From the NCBI GenBank assembly GCA_044222185.1, contig JBGANV010000011.1, positions 113,611-177,610 of the forward strand: DNA of 64,000 nucleotides, read 5' to 3'. Under the pieces are notes generated by a model. The model ran no database searches. It was not told where the DNA came from and saw nothing but the letters and a program-made list of their open reading frames with translations. Positions 10,511 through 21,060 of this stretch are shown one piece after another. The DNA comes from Planctomycetota bacterium. Lineage in GTDB: Bacteria; Planctomycetota; GCA-002687715; CAIWVZ01. The translations under genes were made by a program, and so were the position numbers. Position 1 is the first letter of the stretch, and every line of letters begins with the position of its first letter.

Positions 10511-11041
10511 ATGCAGATCCTCGCGATTTCAGGCAGCCTGCGGCGGCGCTCGTCGAACACCGCCGCGTTGCGCGCCGCCGCGTCGCTCGCCCTGCCGCCC
10601 GTGACGATCGTCCTCTACGACGGCCTGGCGGGACTCCCCCATTTCAACCCCGACATCGCCGACCCGCTGCCACGTCCGGTTGCGGAACTGCGGGGCTGCG
10701 TGCAGGCAGCGGACGCCCTCATCATCTCGTCTCCCGAATACGCGCGCGGGGTCCCCGGAAGCCTGAAGAATGCGCTCGACTGGCTCGTGGGAGGAATCGA
10801 GTTCGTCGACAAGCTCGTGGCGCTCGTCAATACGTCCCCGCGAGCGACGCACGCCCAGGCGTCGCTCGCGACCACCATCACCACCATGGCGGGTCGGCTC
10901 GTCCCGTCGGCCGACGTCACGCTTCCTCTCCTCGCGAAGGACATGGATGAGTTCGCAATCGCGTCCCATCCGACCTTCGCGGCCGAGCTCCGTCGCGGGA
11001 TCGACGCGCTCGTCCGCGCCGTCAAGGAGCAGCGGCCCTGA
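10511..11041 (+). CDS. NADPH-dependent FMN reductase (flavodoxin-like)
   Basis: MQILAISGSLRRRSSN and SPEYARGVPGSLKNALDW motifs. GGAG lies upstream of the ATG at 10511. Confidence 0.93.
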   Translation: MQILAISGSLRRRSSNTAALRAAASLALPPVTIVLYDGLAGLPHFNPDIADPLPRPVAELRGCVQAADALIISSPEYARGVPGSLKNALDWLVGGIEFVDKLVALVNTSPRATHAQASLATTITTMAGRLVPSADVTLPLLAKDMDEFAIASHPTFAAELRRGIDALVRAVKEQRP

Positions 11042-11081
11042 CGCATGCCACCACCGCATGCGTCCGGGCCGCGCTGCCCGA

Positions 11082-12209
11082 TCAGGCGGAGACGTAGAAC
11101 GCGGCGGTGAACACCACGCCGCACGTCGAAGTGCTCGGCTGGAACACGAGTCCTTGCATGTTTGCGAGCGGCGTTCCCGGCAGGTACGGGGGAACCACCA
11201 TCGTCTGCTTGGCATAGCCGCAGTTGTCGAGCCAGAAGAACGCGCCGATGAACGGTGCGAACGGGTCGAACACGATGTTGATGTCCGAGAACGCGAAGGG
11301 TGTCCCGATGTCGATGATGCCCGTGCAACCGAAGTTGAATGCGCCTGGATTCTGCGGTCCGACGATGAGCACGAACGGCTGATTCGCCGGTCCGTTCCAC
11401 TCGAGGGTCATGGTGCTGCCGGCGGGCGTCGTCACGGGGAAGGGTCCGCGAATGCCAGGAGCACCCGGAACGGTGTTCGCCGTCCGATTGACGAAGAGAG
11501 ACGCCGCGGCGCTGTTCGCTTGCCCCACGTTCGCGTAGTTGCCGTTGGCGACGGTCACGTACTGCCAATCCACGTCGGCACCCTGGGGCCCGCCGGCCGA
11601 GTCACCGAAGTACCAGCCGTTGGCTCCGGCGCCGCTTGCGGGCGCGATCGCCGGTCCAACGAGCGGCGCGCCGTCGACGAACAGTGTCACGACGGTCAGG
11701 GGGCCGTTCGGAACGGCTTCGATGCGATAGGTGTGTTGGATGAAGATGCCGCCGGGTACTGCTGCCGGGACATAGCCCGAGTTCGTCTGCAGACCGATCG
11801 TCCCCGCGATGCAGTCCACCCCCAGCGCCACGTTTCCTCCGTGGACGGCCCCGAGGATGTTCGTCGTCCCGAACGACGCCAGGCCGACGACCCGAAGGTT
11901 CGCCTCCAGCACCACGGGCAGCGCCGAGCTCAGCGTGACGGCCGTCGCCGGATATCCCGAGAACGTGCCGCCGTAGAAGAACGCTCCGAAGCTGTTGTTG
12001 GTTCCCGTACGTTGTTGCATCACGCCGCAGGTCGGGCTGAAGAGCGTTGCGCTGGGATAGGCCGTGAGATTCCCCAGGTTCACGTTGGCCGTCGCCGTCG
12101 GCATCGGCGTCGGCAGATCGAACTCGAAATGGAAGGCGAACGGCGCAACCTGTGCGGAAACGGCCGCGCAAAGGACGAGGGACGCGATCAAGGTGCTGAA
12201 CGGACGCAT
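11082..12209 (-). CDS. Secreted beta-sandwich protein with C-terminal module type B
   Basis: Signal MRPFSTLIASLVLCAAVSAQ. Tail reads GQANSAAASLFVN...GPF...MQGLVFQP...VVFTAAFYVSA. The longer track ORF start is judged spurious. Confidence 0.8.
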   Translation of the reverse strand: MRPFSTLIASLVLCAAVSAQVAPFAFHFEFDLPTPMPTATANVNLGNLTAYPSATLFSPTCGVMQQRTGTNNSFGAFFYGGTFSGYPATAVTLSSALPVVLEANLRVVGLASFGTTNILGAVHGGNVALGVDCIAGTIGLQTNSGYVPAAVPGGIFIQHTYRIEAVPNGPLTVVTLFVDGAPLVGPAIAPASGAGANGWYFGDSAGGPQGADVDWQYVTVANGNYANVGQANSAAASLFVNRTANTVPGAPGIRGPFPVTTPAGSTMTLEWNGPANQPFVLIVGPQNPGAFNFGCTGIIDIGTPFAFSDINIVFDPFAPFIGAFFWLDNCGYAKQTMVVPPYLPGTPLANMQGLVFQPSTSTCGVVFTAAFYVSA

Positions 12210-12344
12210 GACACAACTCCTGGGGGGGATGTGAATCAGACCCGGTGAACGCCCATCGGCGTCGCCGCTGGTGATGAGTGACGCCGTCTCCTCGAATTTG
12301 GACAGGAAGGTGGGGATCTTTTTCCTGCGGGTGTTCCCCGGAGG

Positions 12345-12490
12345 GCACGGACACGTCGAAGTCGCCTGAGCCAGTGCGCCGCGAGCAGCGCGCAAGTCCC
12401 CGGACGCAGGATTTCGCCCGCCGAATCGCGATTCGAGCCCGGTTTCAGCCCGATGTCGTCGCTGAGACGGGCCGAGCCGCGCGACACGGA
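12345..12490 (-). repeat. Degenerate second copy of the 3' part of the DUF4338 remnant (matches about 14741-14886)
   Basis: Colinear similarity over about 140 bp, with an identical 21-mer CCGAATCGCGATTCGAGCCCG at 12421 and 14816. Confidence 0.75.
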
Positions 12491-12684
12491 TGGACCGTCC
12501 GCCGCGAGGTGGATGAGTCCGCGGTGCTTTGCGCAGCGTCCGAGCGATCAGCCCGCGATGCGAACGCCCAGGAGGCCCGGAGTCACCTCTGGGTGTCGTG
12601 CGTAACGGGATGCGCGTGCGCCGTCCGATCGGAGGAGTCAGCGGCGGACACGAATGACGCCCGCCGGTCGGCTCCGCACGCCGA

Positions 12685-14340
12685 TCACGGCGCGAACGAG
12701 AGCGCGAGCCCGTTGGAGACCAGCGGCGGCGAAGCCGCAGGGAACATGGCGCCCTGCAGCCAGAACGTAGCTCCGACGAGGCCGGGCTGCCGAAGGTCGA
12801 CGAGGGTGCTGGCGACGCCCGTCGCCGGAATGGCGATCGGGATCGCCAGGAAGTGTCCCGGAAGCAGGTCGACGACCACGGGCACGCCAGCGACGGTCGT
12901 GGCCGACGGCGCGATGCTCGCGACCAGCACACCCGGTCCTGCGGAAGCACCGGACAAAATGACGGCCCCGGAGGATCCCTGGGTGTGGTTCCACGCAAGC
13001 GTGAGCGGATACGGCCCCGAGGCCTGACCGAAGACGTCGGCAACCGCGAGGCCGCCGATGCGAATGCTGCCCCCCGCGAATCCCGCTTCCAGGCTCGAGC
13101 AGATGCCCACCTCCGGGAATCCATCTCCGTTCTGATCACCGAGCCCCGCCACCGCGAGCCCCACCTGGCCAAGGGGCGTCGATCCGACGTAGCTCGCGAG
13201 CAAGGCTCCGGTCCCGGAATACACCGCGACGCGCCCGACGCCCGGGACGATCGGAGCGAGGGCCGAGTAGCCGGGTGCTCCGACGACGAGGTCCGGGATC
13301 CCGTCCCCGTTCAGGTCACCGGCTCCTGCGATCGAGAGGCCGAACTGGGCGCCGAACTGGGGACCACTCAACGTGGTCATCAATCCGCCGGTCGACCCCG
13401 AGAAGATGAAAACGCCGTTTTGGAGGATCGCGCCCGAAGCGAAGTCCGCGATGCCATCGCCGTTGGCGTCACCGATCGTGGTGAGCGAGAACCCGAGCCC
13501 GCCGTTGATCAAGAAGGCCGGATTCAAGCCGGTCAGGCTGATCGTGTAGAGGACCGCTCCACTCGCACCGGAGAAGGCGCGCACATACCCCCCGGAGATC
13601 GGAGGTGTGATCGGCGTGTTGTCGGTCACGAGCGTGAGCTCGGGCGCGCCCGCTGCGAGGTCCTCGACGCCGTCACCATCGACGTCGCCGAGCCGCGTCA
13701 CCGAGCTGCCGAGGAAGTCCGGCGCGCCCACCCCGACGATCGTGCGGATCGTCGACCCGGTCGCGCCTGAAATCACTCGCACGTAGCCAGTCGCGACCAT
13801 GGAGCTCAGCTGCAGGGTGTCTCCTTGCGGAGCGCCGGCGACGAGGTCGCCCACACCGTCGCCGTCGACGTCGCCGATCGCGCACAACGACCACCCGAAC
13901 AAGTCGCCCGTGCTCGATCCGACGATGGTGCGCAGGACCGCACCGCTCGCGCCCGAATACACGTACACGACGCCGGCGTGGTACGGCGCGCTCGAAGGCA
14001 GATAGGGCATCCCGACTGCATAGTCCGCGACGCCATCCCCGTCCACGTCGGACAGGCCCGCGATCGCCTTCACCTTCGCGTCGGTGGAATTGGGAACGAT
14101 CGTGGTCGAGCGGATGACGGCGCCGTTCGAACCGGACACGACGAGTATCCCCGCCTGACCGGGCGCCGTCCTGACCGCGCCGACGACGAGGTCCGGAAGG
14201 CCGTCGGCATTCACGTCACCTACGCGGGCGACCGCCGAGGGGCGAGGCCAGACGGCCGAGGTCTGGCCGAAGGTGAGCCGTGTATGGAGCTGACCCCATG
14301 CCGGAGCGACCACGAGCAGCGCGATGGCGAGGAGTTTCAT
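12685..14340 (-). CDS. FG-GAP / integrin-alpha-like beta-propeller with C-terminal module type D
   Basis: Seven GDVxGDGxxD...GAP repeats and signal MKLLAIALLVVAPAWG. Tail reads FWLQGAMFP...VSNGLALSFAP. Confidence 0.9.
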   Translation of the reverse strand: MKLLAIALLVVAPAWGQLHTRLTFGQTSAVWPRPSAVARVGDVNADGLPDLVVGAVRTAPGQAGILVVSGSNGAVIRSTTIVPNSTDAKVKAIAGLSDVDGDGVADYAVGMPYLPSSAPYHAGVVYVYSGASGAVLRTIVGSSTGDLFGWSLCAIGDVDGDGVGDLVAGAPQGDTLQLSSMVATGYVRVISGATGSTIRTIVGVGAPDFLGSSVTRLGDVDGDGVEDLAAGAPELTLVTDNTPITPPISGGYVRAFSGASGAVLYTISLTGLNPAFLINGGLGFSLTTIGDANGDGIADFASGAILQNGVFIFSGSTGGLMTTLSGPQFGAQFGLSIAGAGDLNGDGIPDLVVGAPGYSALAPIVPGVGRVAVYSGTGALLASYVGSTPLGQVGLAVAGLGDQNGDGFPEVGICSSLEAGFAGGSIRIGGLAVADVFGQASGPYPLTLAWNHTQGSSGAVILSGASAGPGVLVASIAPSATTVAGVPVVVDLLPGHFLAIPIAIPATGVASTLVDLRQPGLVGATFWLQGAMFPAASPPLVSNGLALSFAP

Positions 14341-14695
14341 GGCCAGGCCCAAGCAAATCCGATTCCGCAGGTTTTCCCCGAGGAGAACCCCGTGGACCAA
14401 CGGGCGCACCTGCGCTCCCGTCACCGCCCGGTAGCGATCTCTCGAGGGGCGTCGCGCCAGACGACACACGCTCGCGGGGGCCTTTCGCTCCCGTTTCGAG
14501 AATGCCGCGAACACGGGTACACGGCTTCGTGCGCGGCGCGGGCGGAGACGAGGGCGTTACTCGCGAAGGGAGAGGAGACGAACCCCTGGCGCCGAAACGA
14601 GCTGCCCCAGAGGCCGGGCGGGATCTGGTGGCTCGAGGCGCCCTCGTCGGGCGCGAGGCCGGGGAACTGAAGCATGCTGCCCGATCCGCCAGGAA

Positions 14696-15472
14696 TCAGG
14701 ATCTCCCGCGAGAGGTGCATGCGGGTCGAGGCTGGTGCGGCACGAACACGTCGAGGTGGCCTGAGCCTGGGCGCCGTGAGCGGCGCGCAGGTGCCCGGGC
14801 GCGGAGATCCGTCCACCGAATCGCGATTCGAGCCCGCGTTCGATCGGATTTCGTGTCTGAGAGGCGCCGAGCCGCGCGTGACGCGAGGTTCGGCGCGAGG
14901 TCGTTCGGCCCCGGGAGCACGAGGACGCGCGTGTCGTTCGCCACGGGGTGGAGACGGTGATGCCGCGTCGGTGAATCCCGTCCGATCCAGCCATTCCGAG
15001 GCGAGTCTTGGAGTGCGGCGCCCGACCACACCGGAAGCGCGACCGGCCTTCGGCTGAGGGATGCGACATGAAACACCGACTCGCCGGGCGAATTGCGGAA
15101 TCCAAGATAGTGGTGGCGGTCCATCAGCGAACGGGATCTCTCGTGTCCGGCCATCTCGAGGGCGCCGACGATGAACGTCGTGTCCTCCGGCCCGCGGATC
15201 TCGAACGCTCCCACCAGCCGATCACCCGGACGGATTGGCGTAGCCTGTCGGCGCCGCCGTGGTGGCGAAAGTTGGATCAGTCCACGCCGCTCGAGCCCTC
15301 GAAGCACGTGAGCACACGACTCGACGGCAGGCGCGCCTGTTCGTCGCCGCCATCCGAACAGCTCGCACCCGCGCCGCGCGATCTCCTTGCGCCGATGATC
15401 GGCTGCATGCCGGACGATCCGGCGGATCTGAGAGACCGCGTTCGGTCCAAGCGTCGTGCCGCGATACGTCAC
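14696..15472 (-). pseudogene. DUF4338 (DruA-like, IS-associated) domain gene, degraded and frameshifted
   Basis: YRG...IRRI...IARxxCELFGW, MDRHHYLGF, WIG and VANDTRVLVLP...NLASR motifs. Several conserved residues are altered and the 3' part is out of frame. Confidence 0.7.
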
Positions 15473-15717
15473 CCGCTCGGAGTCCGCGTGCGTCCGGTGC
15501 TTTCCGATCCCGACGACGGGACGAAGCCAAAGCCCTATCGGAAGCGCTCGGGGGAAACTACGAGATGAGCCGCCGTCGGCTCGATCTCCCGACCTTGGCG
15601 GAGTCGTGCCCCGGAGGGCATAACCGGGCGCTTCCGGCAGGTTTCGCCTGGAGCCGAATTGCAGACTATGCTTCGGTCGAGTCCCCCATCCGTCCGCCGA
15701 TTCGACCGGAGATCTCC

Positions 15718-16089
15718 ATGAACCGTCCCACGGCTCTGTTCGGTGCCACGCTGCTCACCTGCGCCGTCTTCGCGTTTCCCATGCAGGACTCCAAACCGGT
15801 GACGCGTCCCGATGACTCGGCCAAGAAGATCGAGTCGCTCGCGAAGGCGCTGGATGCGGAGAAGCGACATTCGGCCGACCTGGAACGGCGGATCGATCGC
15901 CTCGAATCCGCCATGGTTTCGCTGCGCACGGCCGCCGAGCGGCTCGACTCCGCCGCCAACGACGCCCGCAAGAACGGGTTCGAACAGGCGGGTCCGAATC
16001 CGCTCGCCCACACGAACCTGCTGGACGGGCTGAAAGGGTTTGCCGCGCTGATCACGAGCCCGACCGCCGAGCCCACGCCGCCGCGGTGA
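15718..16089 (+). CDS. Small secreted coiled-coil protein
   Basis: Signal MNRPTALFGATLLTCAVFA and a heptad region. GGAG lies upstream. Confidence 0.7.
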   Translation: MNRPTALFGATLLTCAVFAFPMQDSKPVTRPDDSAKKIESLAKALDAEKRHSADLERRIDRLESAMVSLRTAAERLDSAANDARKNGFEQAGPNPLAHTNLLDGLKGFAALITSPTAEPTPPR

Positions 16090-18211
16090 GGACGCACGCG
16101 ACCCAGTAGGGCGGGAGCGTCACCGCCTCGGGATTCCGCAGACGCACACGCACCATCGCTGGGTGGTGAAGCGTCGCCTTCGCGTCGAGCGTCATGTCCG
16201 CGAGGTTGGACGAGTTCCACCTTCCGCCGTCGGGCCCACGCACGGAGACACTGAGCGGATCCGCGCCGACCGTCGCGAGCCGCGCGACCCCGCGCTCATC
16301 GGTCCGCGCGCGGGCAGGCCCCATCTTGGCCGCACGCTGCATGAACGTGATGGTCGCATCCGGGATCGGCTTCCCGGTCTCGTCGGTCACCACGACGCGT
16401 CGCACCGTGGTCTTCCCCCGCAAATCCAGGGGCCCGAGTTCGGTCGGCACGATGGAAGCGCCGCGAATCACATCAAGGCCCTCGACTTTGCAGACCTCGA
16501 CGTCCGAGACGAGAACCGTGACCGTGGCTTTCCCAGGCGGAAGCGGGGTGACGGCGAACCGCCCGTTCACGGGAGCGACAGAGATTCGGTTCGCCCGGAA
16601 GGTCTCGAGCATCGATTCACCGCTCCAGCCTGGGGCCGCGCGGTCCGGCGTGACGTCCCGTTCGAACTCCCCCGTGACTTCGACTCGGATGCTCCCAATG
16701 GGAACGCCTTCGTCGACGAGGATCTCGCCCCGGATCTCCGCTCCGCGCAGCACGATCAGTTGCACGTCGCGTCGACCTGCGGTGAACGGTCGGCCGCCGG
16801 GCTGGTAGAACCCTCGTCGCGATGCCACGAGCCGGAGCTCGCCTGACGGCAATACGCCGCGGATCGTGAATCGGCCGTCCATGCCTGACACCGCTTCCAG
16901 ACCCGCCACCGGCACCCAGTTGGTGAACGCCATCTCCTTCACGCGGTCGGTCGCCTCGGTGAACTCGATGCCGAACATCGTCCGACGGTTGCACTCGACG
17001 GTGATCATCGCGCCGGGGACCGGCGCGAGGTCGGAGTCGACGACCGACCCGCTCGCCACGACGGCTGCTGGCGGGATGCGAACGTCACCCACGTCGTCGA
17101 CGCCCGGTCGCAATCCGCGTGGGACGACGATCTCACCGCGTCGACGCCAAGTTCCCACGAGCGACGGTCCGACGCCGACCGCCACTCGCACTTGAACCAA
17201 CGGGTCCGGGTCGGCGAACTCCGGAATTCGGATCCGGGCTCGCCCCTCGGTGTCGAGCGCGATCGCGCGCCAGAGGCTGCCGCCGGTTGGCCTCGGTCGA
17301 TGCGGATCGATGACGGCCGCCGACGGCTCGGTCACGACGTTCACGACGACGTGCGTGTTCGCCAGCGGCTTTCCGCTGGGCGCGAGGACACGCAGCGCGA
17401 GGTCGACGTCCGCGCCGGCATCCGCGGGTGACAACGCGACATCCATCGATCTGGTGGCGTCGGCGTCCGCGGGGATCTGCACCTCGGCGAAACGCGGCCT
17501 CGTCTCCGTCTCCACCTGCGCCGCGACTCGCACGCGTTGCCCGGCGCCGACTCTCGAAAACCGCGCCACTCCGTCCTTCGCAGCCACGGTCGCGCCGCGC
17601 ATGCCGATCGCTTCACTCGTCATCGCCGACGGCGCCTGCGCGAGACGCGCGACGCTCACGACGGCGGGCCGTGAATCGGTCCCACCCTTCGCGTCGACGA
17701 TGCGGACGTGCAAGGGAACGGACGCCGGGCAGACCAGCGTCACGGGCTCCTTCGGGAGGTGGCCCATCTCGAAGCGCGTCGACCGTGCCTCGGGGATTGG
17801 CGCCCCGAGCCGGACCTCGACGGGAATCCTCTCGGCGCCGATCGCGCCCGCGAGCATCACGAGCGGCACGCCGCCGCGAATCAACTCGAGTGCGCACGTG
17901 CCCGTTGCGTCGCTGACGGCGGACACGACGAGCGGCTGCGCGGACCATGGCGACGTGCCGAATCTCGTCCCGAACACCGCCGGGACGAACCGCTCGCCGA
18001 AGGGAAACACGGCGACGACGGGCACGCCCGCGAGCGGTCGGCCAGCCGCGTCGACGACCCGGACCGCCACGACGCGATCCCAGTCGAACGTGTCCGGGTC
18101 CTGGGCGACGGCATACGCCGAACACAGGAACGCCAAGAAGAGCCATCGCGCCGTCGTAGCTCGTCGGCATGAACCCTGACGACTCACGCCATCGCTGGGC
18201 CGGCGCGTCAC
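16052..18211 (-). CDS. Carboxypeptidase-regulatory-like (Cna-B/TTR fold) repeat protein, possibly 3' truncated
   Basis: VRVVDAAGRPLAGVPV, SGSVVDSDLAPVPGA and VTDETGKPIPDA repeats. The 3' end overlaps the convergent gene. Confidence 0.75.
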   Translation of the reverse strand: MTRRPSDGVSRQGSCRRATTARWLFLAFLCSAYAVAQDPDTFDWDRVVAVRVVDAAGRPLAGVPVVAVFPFGERFVPAVFGTRFGTSPWSAQPLVVSAVSDATGTCALELIRGGVPLVMLAGAIGAERIPVEVRLGAPIPEARSTRFEMGHLPKEPVTLVCPASVPLHVRIVDAKGGTDSRPAVVSVARLAQAPSAMTSEAIGMRGATVAAKDGVARFSRVGAGQRVRVAAQVETETRPRFAEVQIPADADATRSMDVALSPADAGADVDLALRVLAPSGKPLANTHVVVNVVTEPSAAVIDPHRPRPTGGSLWRAIALDTEGRARIRIPEFADPDPLVQVRVAVGVGPSLVGTWRRRGEIVVPRGLRPGVDDVGDVRIPPAAVVASGSVVDSDLAPVPGAMITVECNRRTMFGIEFTEATDRVKEMAFTNWVPVAGLEAVSGMDGRFTIRGVLPSGELRLVASRRGFYQPGGRPFTAGRRDVQLIVLRGAEIRGEILVDEGVPIGSIRVEVTGEFERDVTPDRAAPGWSGESMLETFRANRISVAPVNGRFAVTPLPPGKATVTVLVSDVEVCKVEGLDVIRGASIVPTELGPLDLRGKTTVRRVVVTDETGKPIPDATITFMQRAAKMGPARARTDERGVARLATVGADPLSVSVRGPDGGRWNSSNLADMTLDAKATLHHPAMVRVRLRNPEAVTLPPYWVACVLTAAAWARRSGS

Positions 18212-19680
18212 AGCCAGCCTCGGAACGCGGTGTCGAGTTCCTCGAACGTTTCACCGAGTGACCGCTTCACGGTGACCGCAATGTCGTCTCGGTGACTCTC
18301 CGTCAGCCAGCTGAGGAACTTGTCCTTGCGCGTCTCGAGGAAGAACGCCATGGCCGCGATCGACATCGTGTCGTGCTCGGAAGTGAGCTGGTCGATCTTC
18401 GAGCGGAAGAGCGTCTCCATGTGCATGAGATCGCCGGCCCTCCTCGAACCACGCAGCAGGGCGCGAACCGAAGCGAGCGTGGCGCCCTCCGGTCCATGAA
18501 CGTCGCCTCCGCGCGCGTAGCGATCCTGCGCTTTCAGCAGGACCCGCGCCTCTCCCAGCGTCGCAATCTCGCAGTGGAGGCCGGCCGCGCGGTGGAGCCA
18601 ATAGGGCGCCCGACCGTGAGTGCTCGTGAGGAGGAACAGGCTTCGCGATCCCATGTCGTCGGCGATCATCGGCTGCGGCGACGTGTCCCGCTCCTCGGAG
18701 TAGAGGTTGCACAGCTCCTTGAACCCGATCCCCGCCAGCCCTTCCGAACGCCTCGTGCCGGGTCTCAGGCCGTGGATGTCCCCGCACTCGGCGATGAACC
18801 GGTGCATGTCGGCATCGTGCGGCACGGCGATGAGGCGCGCGATGGGCGTCAGGACGAGGTCTTCGGCCTTGGGGCCGAACGTCCTCCCGAACCACTGCCG
18901 GCACTTCTGCTGGAAGTCGGCGAGCTTCTGCGCCTCCGCACGTGACCTGGTCGTGAACGCGACCGAGCCGCCGGAGCGCGCGATGGAGAGCTGCAGTCCG
19001 AGAGCCTCCTTGAGCCGCCGCGCGACGTCGATCTCCGGTTGGAAATCGGACGTGTACCATTCGCCGCCCCAGGCAAGCAGGCCGCGTGACGTCATGACCT
19101 CGACCACGGTTCGCCAGCGGCGGTCCGGGTCGACCATCCAATCCTTCGGCGCTGCCCGGATCGCAGCCACATCGGCCTTGAGCGCCCATCCGTCGTCGAT
19201 CCGAACGCGTCCCTCCTTCGTCATCACTGAGATCACCGCCTGGTCCGCCGCCGACTTGCCCGCATACCAGACACCGTCGACCTTCACGTGCCCGAGCACG
19301 GCACGGGCCGCCGCATGATCGGGGTTCCGCGCGACGATGCGCCGAGCGAGCCGCTTGCCGTCACTGGCGAGGAACGAGTCCTTCGCCGCCCACTCGGCGA
19401 GGCCCGCGAGCGCGTTCGCATCCGACGGATCGATCTTCGCCAGCCTCTCGGTCACGCGCGACGACATGGGCTTGCCGCGCGCGATCGCTTCCACGTCGGC
19501 CTTGACGAGTCTCCGCAGCTCGGCGTTCGGCGTGACGAGTTCGACCGACCCTTCCGTCTCGCTCACGACGTCGCCGAGGAGCGTCGAGCCGTCTTTCAGC
19601 TTCACCGTGTCCTGGCCGAGGCACAGGGCGACGCAGAGGATGAACGTTGCCATGCCGGCTATGCCTGGTGATCGCAGCAT
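18208..19680 (-). CDS. Secreted hypothetical protein (DTVxLKDG N-terminus; HxxARxxLGH motif)
   Basis: Signal peptide followed by QDTVKLKDGSTLLGDV and PDHAAARAVLGHVKVDGVW. GTGA coupling to the next gene. Confidence 0.75.
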   Translation of the reverse strand: MLRSPGIAGMATFILCVALCLGQDTVKLKDGSTLLGDVVSETEGSVELVTPNAELRRLVKADVEAIARGKPMSSRVTERLAKIDPSDANALAGLAEWAAKDSFLASDGKRLARRIVARNPDHAAARAVLGHVKVDGVWYAGKSAADQAVISVMTKEGRVRIDDGWALKADVAAIRAAPKDWMVDPDRRWRTVVEVMTSRGLLAWGGEWYTSDFQPEIDVARRLKEALGLQLSIARSGGSVAFTTRSRAEAQKLADFQQKCRQWFGRTFGPKAEDLVLTPIARLIAVPHDADMHRFIAECGDIHGLRPGTRRSEGLAGIGFKELCNLYSEERDTSPQPMIADDMGSRSLFLLTSTHGRAPYWLHRAAGLHCEIATLGEARVLLKAQDRYARGGDVHGPEGATLASVRALLRGSRRAGDLMHMETLFRSKIDQLTSEHDTMSIAAMAFFLETRKDKFLSWLTESHRDDIAVTVKRSLGETFEELDTAFRGWL

Positions 19681-19820
19681 GAAGGGCTCCGTGCGAGACA
19701 TCTTGCCCCAATCGTGGTCGGATCGCCAAACCGAGCGAGACGCCGTGGCACCGCCCCGCTTCCAATCGCGATGCCGTGGAGGCTCACTCGAGGCGCCGAC
19801 GCGCGACCGCCGCCCCTGAC

Positions 19821-20675
19821 TCACCGCGACCGGATCTCGAACGGAGAGTCCTCCATGTGCTCGTCGTCGAGGTTCGGCCGACCGTCCCATCCCGGAAGCC
19901 GAACCCGGATCCAGGCCTCGACTGGCTCCCAGTGGTCGGGCGGTTCGTCACGCATCGGGCGCGATTCGGCCGTCGCCATCGGCGCGCCAGCGCGGATGCG
20001 CAACACGCGATGCTCGCGGGTGAACACCCCATCCACTGCGCACCGGAAGGTGAGCTCGCCAGGAACCGCGACCACCACCGGCATCTCGGAGATCGTGGTG
20101 CGGAAGTTGCAGATCGGCCGCCGCACCTGGACTTCTCCGAACTCGACCCGGCACGCGACCGAATCCTCACGGATCGCACTCGGCGTGATGGTCACCCGCG
20201 GGCCGTCCTCGATCGTCTGGATCCTGGCCGCAAGAATGTGCCAGGAAGCCTGATGCCCTTCGACGTCGAAATCGAGCGACACAGGCTGGCGAGTGCGGGC
20301 ATCCGCGACGACGCAGCGTCGCTCGTCGAGGAATTCGCGGGTCGCGATGAGCACGTCGTCGATCCGTGAGCAGATCAACGGACGCACCACGTGTACGAAC
20401 TCCAGATCCGTCGCCCAGCGGATCGTCGCCTCGTCGGTGACGCTGGTGCGTTGCGCGCGAAAGACGACGACCTCGACTTCCGCACGCGGATGATCCGAGG
20501 CGGCTTCGGCCTCTGCGACGGACGACGTCGCTCGAGGCGCCATCTCGCAAGCCATGCCGCCGGCGAGCCACGTGAGAATCAGGACGAGCCATGCAGCCGT
20601 ACGCCTGTTGGATTCTCGTCCGCAGCGGCCGGTCGCAAGCCGCCGATCCGGCGCCACGGCGTCTCTCGCCGCCAT
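19821..20675 (-). CDS. Hypothetical protein, possible lipoprotein
   Basis: Hydrophobic stretch ending LAGGMAC. TGATG coupling with the upstream gene. Confidence 0.55.
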   Translation of the reverse strand: MAARDAVAPDRRLATGRCGRESNRRTAAWLVLILTWLAGGMACEMAPRATSSVAEAEAASDHPRAEVEVVVFRAQRTSVTDEATIRWATDLEFVHVVRPLICSRIDDVLIATREFLDERRCVVADARTRQPVSLDFDVEGHQASWHILAARIQTIEDGPRVTITPSAIREDSVACRVEFGEVQVRRPICNFRTTISEMPVVVAVPGELTFRCAVDGVFTREHRVLRIRAGAPMATAESRPMRDEPPDHWEPVEAWIRVRLPGWDGRPNLDDEHMEDSPFEIRSR

Positions 20676-20911
20676 CACCACCCGGCCCGCACGGCGAGGA
20701 TGAGCGCACCGATCACGGCCGCGCCGATCCCAAGCATCCACCAGAGGCTGCCCACGAAGTACGGGTACACCGTGAGCACGCACCCTGCGATGAGCTGGGG
20801 CCAGCGGCGCTGCTTCTTGCCGTAGATGAACAACCCGAACCCGACGCTTCCGATCGCCAGCGAGGCGAACAGAAGCCACGTGAAGTCAGGTGAGTCAGTC
20901 GAGATCGGCAT
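20675..20911 (-). CDS. Small membrane protein (G..G.G.F.YGKKQ...L..YPYF type)
   Basis: Three hydrophobic segments with recognisable YGKKQ and YPYFV motifs. Confidence 0.8.
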   Translation of the reverse strand: MPISTDSPDFTWLLFASLAIGSVGFGLFIYGKKQRRWPQLIAGCVLTVYPYFVGSLWWMLGIGAAVIGALILAVRAGW

Positions 20912-21060
20912 GGAGTTCCTCGGTGGAACGAGAACGCCGCGAGCCACGCGGGCCCGCATCACGCGCCGCCGATCCTATCCGACTGTCCGCCGCGAGCGCC
21001 GGAACATCCGACCCCACCCGTTCCAAAGAGGGACAGCACGGCGCGGACCCGGACCCCACG

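Noticed and set aside
14696-15472. DUF4338 as evidence of a Druantia defence system
   Set aside because: No DruE helicase or other dru genes are nearby, and the gene is degraded and fits the IS-associated type.
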